Source: an uncultured Candidatus Marinamargulisbacteria bacterium (GTDB lineage: Bacteria > Margulisbacteria > Marinamargulisbacteria > UBA817 > CACECR01). From it: a stretch of DNA of 54,021 nucleotides. The DNA lies in the NCBI GenBank assembly GCA_902558105.1, contig CACECR010000002.1, positions 1-54,021 on the forward strand, read 5' to 3'. The notes under the pieces are model-generated. The model saw nothing but the letters and a program-made list of their open reading frames with translations, searched no databases and was not told the DNA's origin. Made by a program: the position numbers and the translations under genes. How positions within the stretch are numbered: the stretch's first letter is position 1; every line of letters starts with the position of its first letter. Below are positions 47,047-54,021 of this stretch, piece by piece.

Positions 47047-48674
47047 TGAAGTTTATTATCACTACTCTAATATGTAGCTGTCTAATCACAACCCATTGTA
47101 TTGCCTCATTTAATACCCAACAAAAAAACACACTATCCAACATAATTAAAGACTACTTTGACGACAATGATATTCAAGGGTTAAGTGTTTCAGTTGTAAA
47201 TAAAAATGGAACATTATTTCAGAAAAATCTTGGATATTTGGATACGGAACAAACAAAACCAGTTACTAAATATAGTTTATTTAAAGTCACAAATATCACA
47301 CAAATACTCACCGCACTTATGGTTCTTGATCTAGAACAAAATAAGAAACTTAAACTTAACGATTCCATTCAACAATATATCCCTGAGTTAAGTGCATCTC
47401 ACTTTAAAAACATTACTATACAGGATCTTATTCAGCATTACAGCGGTATTTCTAGAGATTACTGGGGCTGCTCATTTTATGTAATTAATTGTGATCAAAA
47501 AAAATTCTTAAACTTTATTAATACTGAAGAACCCATCTACTCAATTGAAGAACAAATTTACAATTACTCAAATAACGGATATATCTTACTTGGAATTTTA
47601 ATAGAAAGAATAACTGGTCAACTATACGAATCTTATGCTCAAAAATATTTAACTAATACACTTAAGCTCACAAATAGCCACTATAAAAAAGAACAACCAC
47701 TAGTTTATAAAAAATATAAAGAATCAAATGACATCAAGACAGACGGAATATTTTTGCCCTCTATAGGGCTACTAAGTTCCATTATAGATTTAGATAAACT
47801 TATCTTGCTTTATTTAAACAAAGATGAAAGAGTCCGCAAATCAATATCACCAGAATTATCTAAAGTGGGAATCTATGAAAATGATAGCCGACTACCTTGG
47901 AGAAAAGAAAAAGATTGGTTTACTTACTATGCAGGAAGCTTAAACTCACAGTCAATCATCATGTTTAATTTAAAACAGAATATTGGAATTACAATAGTTC
48001 ACAACTCTTTTTCTGAAGATTATGTTAATAGTCTTAGCACAGATATTATTGAGGCTATAGAACTTAAAAATGAAAATAATACATCAAAAATAAATAATAC
48101 AATATTAGATAATTATAGCGGAGCTTACAGCAGCTTTTTCGGTACATTTTTTTTATACAAAGATGAAAGTAATTATCTTAGTAACTACAATAGTCACAAA
48201 ATCAAATTATCTCCAAACAAATCGTACCAATTTGACTTAACATTTATTCTATTTAGCATACTCCCAATTAGAACGCAAACTATTAAAGATGCCACTATTT
48301 ACACGTCGAGAAAACAAAATAGAGACCGTTTAATATTAGAATACAAAGGAAATGATCAATTTGTATTTGGAGAAAAAATACCTAATTTAACGTATAAATA
48401 CGTTGAGACTATTAAAGGAGAGTATGAGTCCATAGATAAAAAAAATCCAATTAATAGTATTCGCATTATTACAGAAAATAACTTATTAATTGCTCATATA
48501 CAATCTAGTTTTTTTGAACAATTTATTGATACAGACAAATTAAAAATTCCTCTTAAACAAGTTGGTGAGAAAACATTTATCACTTATGGACTTGGAATCG
48601 AGTGGGATGGCACCTTCATTTTTAATAATAACCAATTAACATTTTCCGGATTAACATTCATAAAAAAGTATTAA
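47046..48674 (+). CDS. Secreted beta-lactamase/PBP-fold protein lacking the catalytic SxxK (pseudoenzyme candidate) plus C-terminal domain
   Basis: Signal peptide. The block SLFKVTNITQILTALMVLDLEQNKKLKLNDSIQQYIPEL aligns by eye with tlFriaSvSKpfTa..vlqLve.Gkl.Ldd.v.kylPe, which gives N-I-T-Q in place of S-x-x-K. The YSNNGY (YxN) motif is retained. Confidence 0.65.
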   Translation: MKFIITTLICSCLITTHCIASFNTQQKNTLSNIIKDYFDDNDIQGLSVSVVNKNGTLFQKNLGYLDTEQTKPVTKYSLFKVTNITQILTALMVLDLEQNKKLKLNDSIQQYIPELSASHFKNITIQDLIQHYSGISRDYWGCSFYVINCDQKKFLNFINTEEPIYSIEEQIYNYSNNGYILLGILIERITGQLYESYAQKYLTNTLKLTNSHYKKEQPLVYKKYKESNDIKTDGIFLPSIGLLSSIIDLDKLILLYLNKDERVRKSISPELSKVGIYENDSRLPWRKEKDWFTYYAGSLNSQSIIMFNLKQNIGITIVHNSFSEDYVNSLSTDIIEAIELKNENNTSKINNTILDNYSGAYSSFFGTFFLYKDESNYLSNYNSHKIKLSPNKSYQFDLTFILFSILPIRTQTIKDATIYTSRKQNRDRLILEYKGNDQFVFGEKIPNLTYKYVETIKGEYESIDKKNPINSIRIITENNLLIAHIQSSFFEQFIDTDKLKIPLKQVGEKTFITYGLGIEWDGTFIFNNNQLTFSGLTFIKKY

Positions 48675-48714
48675 TAAGCAAAGATATTATCCAATTTAAA
48701 CGATAATATTAGAT

Positions 48715-49821
48715 ATGAATAGACGATTTGATATAGATTATTTAAAAGTAATTAGTTTTATTTTATTAATTCCCTTCCATATAATACTTAATTATACAAA
48801 TGAGAGCTACATTATATATGGATTTAAATTAACCGAAACCAACAGCACGCTAATAGAATTTATGATACGTTCATTTGATGGATGGAGACTTCCATTACTT
48901 TTTATGATCTCAGGAATAGGCGCTCATTTTTCATTCAAAAAAAGATCTAATGATGAATTTTGTATTGAAAGAGTTCGTCGACTAGGTATTCCACTAATAT
49001 TTGGAATCTTTTTTCTAAACTTACTCCCAATAATTATTAATTCATTAGCTTTCGAATCCCTGTCTATTAAAGATGTTATTTACACTAGTTGGATAAACGG
49101 TTTAGATCGATCAAATATTCAACATTTATGGTTTATATTGAATTTATTAATTTATTCTATCATTTGCCTACCATTTATGATTATTAACAGAAATGACACA
49201 AAAAAACGATTCAAACTCATCTTTAAACGAATGATTAAGAGCTATGTTGGACTAATATGGTTAGTACCAATTGGATTAACAATAATTAAATTAAATACAT
49301 TGGTAATTGACCAACTATATTACGGACAAGGTGTGGAATTTATAATCTATTGTTTATTTTATATCATAGGGTTTTATTCATCTGACAATGTTAAAGAGTT
49401 TTCACAAAGTCTTAAAACGTATAAATACCACATAATAGGATATGCAATTATAAGTAGTGTGATTTTATTAGGAATTATCAGTATAGACCTACATGATCTA
49501 ATAATGATTGGTATAGAAAGTTTATTCTCCTGGACTTGGTGCCTATTAGCGTTTATCTGGGCAAATACCTTTCATAAAAAATCAAATATAATAATTAATT
49601 ACTTAAACAAAACAGTGTATTGTATGTACTTAACCCATATACCCATTATTTTAATAGGTACTCAATTACTTAGCAAAACTAATTTAACTGGTTTAGAATC
49701 TATTATAGGGCTTTCCATAATAACGTTCGTTATCAGTATCCTTATTTATGAATGTTTCAAATATATTTACCCAGTAAATATTCTTTTAGGTATAAACCCT
49801 GAAACACAGAAAATACAGTAA
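48715..49821 (+). CDS. Acyltransferase family 3 membrane protein
   Basis: RRFDIDYLKVISFILLIPFHI N-terminus. About 10 TM. 368 aa. Confidence 0.7.
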   Translation: MNRRFDIDYLKVISFILLIPFHIILNYTNESYIIYGFKLTETNSTLIEFMIRSFDGWRLPLLFMISGIGAHFSFKKRSNDEFCIERVRRLGIPLIFGIFFLNLLPIIINSLAFESLSIKDVIYTSWINGLDRSNIQHLWFILNLLIYSIICLPFMIINRNDTKKRFKLIFKRMIKSYVGLIWLVPIGLTIIKLNTLVIDQLYYGQGVEFIIYCLFYIIGFYSSDNVKEFSQSLKTYKYHIIGYAIISSVILLGIISIDLHDLIMIGIESLFSWTWCLLAFIWANTFHKKSNIIINYLNKTVYCMYLTHIPIILIGTQLLSKTNLTGLESIIGLSIITFVISILIYECFKYIYPVNILLGINPETQKIQ

Positions 49822-49875
49822 AAGAAGCCTATTTACTTTCCAAAATATGAAAAATATGGTATTTTAAAAGCACAA

Positions 49876-49892
49876 AATGTAAAATTTACATT
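49876..49892. promoter_or_regulatory. Perfect 8-1-8 palindrome AATGTAAAATTTACATT upstream of glnN
   Basis: Read directly, 32 nt before the ATG at 49924. Candidate operator for a nitrogen regulator. Confidence 0.3.
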
Positions 49893-49923
49893 AAATTGGT
49901 CTATTTTAAATAAAGGAAATTAA

Positions 49924-52029
49924 ATGGGAAGAGTATCTGAAACTTATGCCGAGTTAGTATTTAACGAGCAAAAGCTTAAAAGCCGTGTGAATGAAAGAGT
50001 TTATGAAAATTTCATAAAAGCTATTAAAGATGGTGATGCATTAGATGAGCAAATTGCTGATGATGTAGCTCATGCAATGAAAGAGTGGGCAATAGAAAAT
50101 GGAGCCACTCACTTCACACATTGGTTTCAACCTCAACGAAATGGAACGGCTGAAAAACATGATGCTTTTTTAGATTACGATGGAGAAGGTGGCATTATAG
50201 AAACATTCTCTGGAAAACAGCTTATTCAATCGGAACCAGATGCATCTTCATTTCCATCAGGTGGAATTAGAACAACATTTGAAGCAAGAGGTTATACGGC
50301 TTGGGACCCAAGTTCACCGGCATTTTTAAGGGACGAAATAAATGGTCGATCATTAGTGATTCCATCACTCTACCTATCATGGACAGGTGAAGCACTCGAT
50401 ATGAAAACCCCATTATTACGATCTTTAGAATCATTAAACAAAGAAGCAATTGAGTTACAAAAAATATTAGGAAATCGATCCGCTAAACGAATTAAAGTAT
50501 ATTCAGGCTTAGAGCAAGAATACTTTTTAATATCTAAACCAACAGCATTATTACGTGACGATATTATGATTGCCGGACGAACAGTTTTTGGTGCGGATCC
50601 GTCCAAAGGACAAAGAATGGAAGACCATTATTTTGGATCTATTAAACCTAGAGTTATGGCTTTTATGAACGATTTAGATTCAGAATGTCACCGATATGGA
50701 ATACCTGTAAAAACAAAACATAATGAAGTTGCGCCTAATCAATTTGAAATTGCACCATTATATGAAGAATTAAACTTAGCCATCGATCATAACCTTTTAT
50801 TAATGGACATTATGAGACGAGTCGCTGATGATCACGACTTCGTATGCCTGCACCATGAAAAACCATTCGCTGGGTTAAATGGGTCAGGAAAACATATGAA
50901 CTGGTCAATAGGAGACAACACAGGTGCAAACTATTTAGAACCATCAAAATCACCTTCTAAAAACATAAGCTTCTTACTAACATTAGGTGCATTATTAATT
51001 GGAATGCACAAACATTCTGGCTTATTAAGAGCCTCTATAGCTGATGCGGGAAATGAACACCGTTTAGGATCTCACGAAGCACCACCATCTATTCTTTCAG
51101 TTTATTTAGGTGATTATTTAGCCGAACTACTAGATCATATTGAATCAGCCAAATCATTTAATGATAAAGAAATTAATTATATTTCTCATGGTATTCAAAA
51201 TATGCCACGTATTGTAAAAGATTACTCAGATAGAAACCGAACATCGCCAGTAGCATTTACGGGTAATAAATTTGAATTAAGAGCCTTAGGTTCAAATGCT
51301 AATGGAAGTGATGCAGGTGTCGCATTAAATTTAATATGTGCCTATGGTTACCGTGAAATCATCAAACGCATTAATGGTGAAAAAGGAAAAGATGTTAAAG
51401 AAACAGCGTTAAAAGTATTACAAACAGTACTTAGTGAAACAAAAAACGTTCGATTTGAAGGAAATAACTACTCCGATGATTGGAAAAAAGAAGCAGCAAA
51501 ACGAAAATTATACATTGAAGACATAACACCTAAAGCTATTTCTTATTATCAAACTAAAGACTGTATTGATTTATTTACATCGTTTAATGTATTAACTGAA
51601 CGTGAATGTAATTCAAGAACAGAAATTAAATATGAAGCATACGCCACAACTAAAATGGTTGAACTAAAAATTGCTGTTGATATGCTTAGAACACAAATAT
51701 TACCAAATCTAAAAGACCATATTATTCAAGCGGGAGCTGCGTTCGATACAGTCGCTAATATTAATGGAAGTTCTGATGTCTTTAAAGAAGAAATCGAATG
51801 TTTTACAGAACTTTACATCAAATTAAAGAAAGATAAACGAGAACTAATTACGTTTATTGATAAAGTAGACAACGTCGACTCCGCATTTGACCGCGCACTC
51901 GATATTGCAACGAATGGATTAGACTTACTTTCTAAGGTAAGAGAAAACGTTGATCAAGTGGAAGGTTTAATTGCTGATGATCTTTGGGGCCTCCCTAGAT
52001 ATGATGAATTATTAACTATAAACGACTAA
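49924..52029 (+). CDS. glnN: Glutamine synthetase type III
   Basis: About 700 aa. The N-terminal block ..LVFNEQKLKSRV.ERVYENF..AIKDGDALDEQIADDVAHAMKEWAIENGATHFTHWFQP and the later KHNEVAPNQFEIAP are GlnN hallmarks. AAGGAA Shine-Dalgarno site upstream. Confidence 0.88.
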   Translation: MGRVSETYAELVFNEQKLKSRVNERVYENFIKAIKDGDALDEQIADDVAHAMKEWAIENGATHFTHWFQPQRNGTAEKHDAFLDYDGEGGIIETFSGKQLIQSEPDASSFPSGGIRTTFEARGYTAWDPSSPAFLRDEINGRSLVIPSLYLSWTGEALDMKTPLLRSLESLNKEAIELQKILGNRSAKRIKVYSGLEQEYFLISKPTALLRDDIMIAGRTVFGADPSKGQRMEDHYFGSIKPRVMAFMNDLDSECHRYGIPVKTKHNEVAPNQFEIAPLYEELNLAIDHNLLLMDIMRRVADDHDFVCLHHEKPFAGLNGSGKHMNWSIGDNTGANYLEPSKSPSKNISFLLTLGALLIGMHKHSGLLRASIADAGNEHRLGSHEAPPSILSVYLGDYLAELLDHIESAKSFNDKEINYISHGIQNMPRIVKDYSDRNRTSPVAFTGNKFELRALGSNANGSDAGVALNLICAYGYREIIKRINGEKGKDVKETALKVLQTVLSETKNVRFEGNNYSDDWKKEAAKRKLYIEDITPKAISYYQTKDCIDLFTSFNVLTERECNSRTEIKYEAYATTKMVELKIAVDMLRTQILPNLKDHIIQAGAAFDTVANINGSSDVFKEEIECFTELYIKLKKDKRELITFIDKVDNVDSAFDRALDIATNGLDLLSKVRENVDQVEGLIADDLWGLPRYDELLTIND

Positions 52030-52051
52030 CTAACTTTAATTAATAATTCTT

Positions 52052-52079
52052 AAAAAGGCCGATTTTTCGGCCTTTTTTT
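52052..52079 (+). terminator. Rho-independent terminator after glnN (bidirectional shape)
   Basis: Stem AAAAAGGCCGA / TCGGCCTTTTT with a 4-nt loop, followed by a T-run. Confidence 0.85.
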
Positions 52080-52154
52080 ATTTAATATTCACAAAATTAA
52101 AAAAACCGGTTAAACTAATATCATATTCATTAAAATTTAAAATAGGTTGGGCAA

Positions 52155-52673
52155 ATGGTATTAAAAAAAACAGTAGGATTTAAATTAGTCGATTTAACAA
52201 ATATGTTAAACACAAAACAAATTCCAACAGTTAAAAAACAAATAGGAGAAAGTTTCGATAAAGAGAATGACAATCCAATTCCTCCAATAAGACATAAAAA
52301 AAGAGCAAATTATTCAATTAAAGGATACACAATCACTCCAAGCTTAATTAAAATAGTTTTAAAATTTATAAAAGGTAGAAAACCGGAAATTTTAGACGAT
52401 AAATTTTATATATTAATGGATGAGGGCGCTTATAAGATTGATAAAAAATCAGAAAAAGTGGAGTACAAAGCAAAAATAAAATTAGAAAAAGGCGTTCAAA
52501 TATTAGAATTTAAAGAGAGCGAAGGTAGTGAAAAGGAACTAGTATTATTCATCCAAAGTAAAAGCTTTCAAAGAATTAAATTAACACAAACAAAAACAGG
52601 AACAGAATACAATATAGAGTTCATAGAATCAAAAACCATCCAGCAACTAAGACTACTACAAATAGGAATTTAA
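52155..52673 (+). CDS. Hypothetical protein (Lys-rich, no recognised domain)
   Basis: ORF only. It follows the terminator and lies inside the F-box/ankyrin islet. Confidence 0.4.
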   Translation: MVLKKTVGFKLVDLTNMLNTKQIPTVKKQIGESFDKENDNPIPPIRHKKRANYSIKGYTITPSLIKIVLKFIKGRKPEILDDKFYILMDEGAYKIDKKSEKVEYKAKIKLEKGVQILEFKESEGSEKELVLFIQSKSFQRIKLTQTKTGTEYNIEFIESKTIQQLRLLQIGI

Positions 52674-52684
52674 TTCAAAAAAAA

Positions 52685-53209
52685 TCACGTTAAATCATAA
52701 TGATCTTCCACAGATAAAGTAAAGTCATCTTTAAAACAAATAGAAGGGCTTAAGTTCTTATTTGTATGAAATATAAATAAATCAGTGAGTTCAGATAATG
52801 TAATAGGGCACTTAAGTTGATACCCAATAAAAAGAGCAGGGGAATGTGAAACACAAAAAACCCAATGTCCTTGCCATTCACCAAGTGGATGAAACTTTAA
52901 ATAGTCTTTATATCCTCGCAAATAGTAAAGGTGACCTGAATGAAAAGACTCAAACTCATCTTCAATTTTACAATTTAAATAATTAAGAACTTGAAAAGAA
53001 CTAATATCAAATATTAGGTGTTTAAATATAGATTTACAAATAAGTTTGTTAAACGTTTCACTACCTAAAGAATCAATCATTAATTTATAGATAGATAAGT
53101 TCATTGCTAGTTTACAATCAATACCAAAAAAAAGGATTAAAGGTGTTAAAAAGATCTTTAATAGCAAGTGCAATATCTCTAAAGTAATAAAATTGATTTT
53201 TAGTATCAT
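52685..53209 (-). CDS. Hypothetical protein with a degenerate F-box-like N-terminal segment
   Basis: IYKLMIDSLGSETFNKLICKSIFKHLI parallels the F-box pattern E.l..Il..L....l..l..VcK.w..lv. The true start may be the internal Met at 53104 (MNLSIYKL..). Weak, by-eye only. Confidence 0.35.
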   Translation of the reverse strand: MILKINFITLEILHLLLKIFLTPLILFFGIDCKLAMNLSIYKLMIDSLGSETFNKLICKSIFKHLIFDISSFQVLNYLNCKIEDEFESFHSGHLYYLRGYKDYLKFHPLGEWQGHWVFCVSHSPALFIGYQLKCPITLSELTDLFIFHTNKNLSPSICFKDDFTLSVEDHYDLT

Positions 53210-53232
53210 TTAACTGAGAAATAGTTCAGTAT

Positions 53233-53479
53233 ATGCATAGTCGTCTTAATGAAGTTGTTGAATGGGCAGAGAACTATTCTGAGATTGTAAAAACAATGTT
53301 TTTGATTCAACATCGTTTTAATGAACTAGAAGCAAGTTCATCAAATGATGAGTCTATAAATCGTATTCCTCATTTACCTAAAGAGATGTATTTGAAAATA
53401 TTAGGGAATATATTTTAATCTTACTAGTCTAAGAATGTTTAAGTTGTAAATAGAGTCTTTTGTAACTAACGATTTAATA
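53233..53479 (+). pseudogene. Decayed F-box gene (frameshift plus in-frame stop)
   Basis: The 61-aa ORF ends ..IPHLPKEMYLKILGNIF*, which is the first half of an F-box. The second half continues in the +1 frame as NLTSLRMFKL*IESFVTNDLI (compare dLl.Lr.VsK.w..lv). Confidence 0.5.
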
Positions 53480-53610
53480 TAAACTGTTACTATTTTAGAT
53501 GTGTTTTTCGATCTTTAAGCCTTTATATAAATGAATATAGTTTTTATTTACTTGAAATTTATTGATATTTTTTTCATTATATTAACATAATCATTAAAAT
53601 TGGATTGTCA

Positions 53611-54021
53611 ATGAGTTTATATAAAGTTATTTCTTTTTCAGAATTATTTCATGAAGATGATGTGCCTAATCAAGTAATAGTAGATGGAGACCCTCCATTA
53701 TATGTGGCCTCAGAAAATGGTCATATTAAAGTTGTGGCGTTATTATTGGCAGCTTCTGGTATTGATGTAAATCAATCGACAGACGAAGTGTGCACGCCAT
53801 TATATATCGCTTCATACAAGGGTCATGTTGGAGTTGTGACATTATTATTGGCAGCTTCTGGTATTGATGTAAATCAAGCGAGAACAGGTGGTGCTACTCC
53901 TTTATTTATCGCTGCACAAAATGGTCATGCAGATGTTGTGGAGTTATTATTGGCAGCTTCTGGTATTAATGTAAACCAAGCGAAAACAGGTGGCTATACT
54001 CCATTATATATCGCTTCATAC
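53611..54021 (+). CDS. Ankyrin-repeat protein (3' end beyond the window)
   Basis: My own translation from the ATG at 53611 is open to the window end: ..DGDPPLYVASENGHIKVVALLLAASGIDVNQSTDEVCTPLYIASYKGHVGVVTLLLAASGIDVNQARTGGATPLFIAAQNGHADVVELLLAASGINVNQAKTGGYTPLYIASY. It shows the classic TPL..A...GH..vV..LL ANK consensus. It is absent from the ORF track because it has no stop codon in the window. Confidence 0.85.
   Translation, partial: MSLYKVISFSELFHEDDVPNQVIVDGDPPLYVASENGHIKVVALLLAASGIDVNQSTDEVCTPLYIASYKGHVGVVTLLLAASGIDVNQARTGGATPLFIAAQNGHADVVELLLAASGINVNQAKTGGYTPLYIASY
53683..54021 (+). repeat. Tandem 102-bp (34-codon) near-identical repeats encoding ANK units
   Basis: TTATTATTGGCAGCTTCTGGTATT(G/A)ATGTAAA(T/C)CAA recurs at 53740, 53842 and 53944. 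CCATTATATATCGCTTCATAC recurs at 53797 and 54001. Confidence 0.85.

Noticed and set aside
1634-50606. Short ORFs in the track that lie antisense to, or in alternate frames of, well-supported genes: 1634-1897, 4014-4313, 4616-4804, 6307-6492, 7153-7416, 8202-8417, 11716-11907, 13698-14006, 14028-14228, 14402-14587, 14573-14755, 18746-19036, 27701-27901, 28771-28974, 29554-29745, 31281-31484, 34231-34485, 35915-36118, 43002-43193, 46412-46609, 50267-50449, 50370-50606.
   Set aside because: Each is fully embedded in a longer ORF with clear family motifs. Their translations are low-complexity (S/I/L/N/F-rich), as expected from the reverse or shifted reading of AT-rich coding DNA. None has a Shine-Dalgarno site or a recognisable motif.
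1-54021. Search for rRNA, tRNA, CRISPR arrays, IS elements, transposases, integrases and prophage blocks.
   Set aside because: No repeat-spacer periodicity, no cloverleaf-like GC-rich islands in intergenic regions, no transposase or integrase-like ORF and no terminal inverted repeats were seen. The only tandem repeats are the coding ANK units at the 3' end.

Overview
This is an AT-rich (by eye roughly one-third GC), very gene-dense bacterial chromosomal window with about 60 CDS, many joined by start/stop overlaps. I found no rRNA, tRNA, CRISPR array, transposase or integrase. All calls rest on reading the supplied translations and the DNA by eye. No database search, HMM or alignment program was run, so family names are motif recognition from memory.

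Gene order:
- 1-5535: suf Fe-S assembly operon (sufBCDS, sufU, an Nfu-type carrier).
- 5627-10482: a tightly coupled six-gene operon. It encodes a miniature FliF/SctJ-like membrane ring protein, a full-length FliG homolog, MotA, MotB, an unknown cytoplasmic protein and a secreted TPR protein.
- 11097-16485: a cluster of three different cryptochrome/photolyase-family genes plus DUF2805 and DUF429.
- 16505-26398: two small paralogous ORFs, then housekeeping genes (CPA2 antiporter, hisA, hisS, fabI, aldo-keto reductase, MFS transporter, cca, hsp20).
- 26566-35937: an unannotated 54-aa zinc-ribbon ORF overlapping ctaA, then ilvBN, aroC, a GNAT protein and a class I RNR alpha subunit.
- 35943-38666: a eukaryote/cyanobacteria-style tetrahydrobiopterin cluster (SDR, PTPS, glycosyltransferase, folE).
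- 37087-45033: this cluster is embedded in a ten-gene minus-strand run carrying bcp, ilvE, grxD, bolA, gshB, gshA, hemH and serC.
- 45182-52029: an envelope cluster with a catalytically dead beta-lactamase-fold protein, then glnN.
- 52155-54021: after a strong terminator, a eukaryote-like islet with two F-box-like ORFs (one decayed) and an ankyrin-repeat gene built from near-identical 102-bp repeats.

The most interesting candidate for an undescribed system is the orphan rotor-stator operon at 5627-10482. It has no flagellar export, rod, hook, filament or C-ring genes anywhere in the window.
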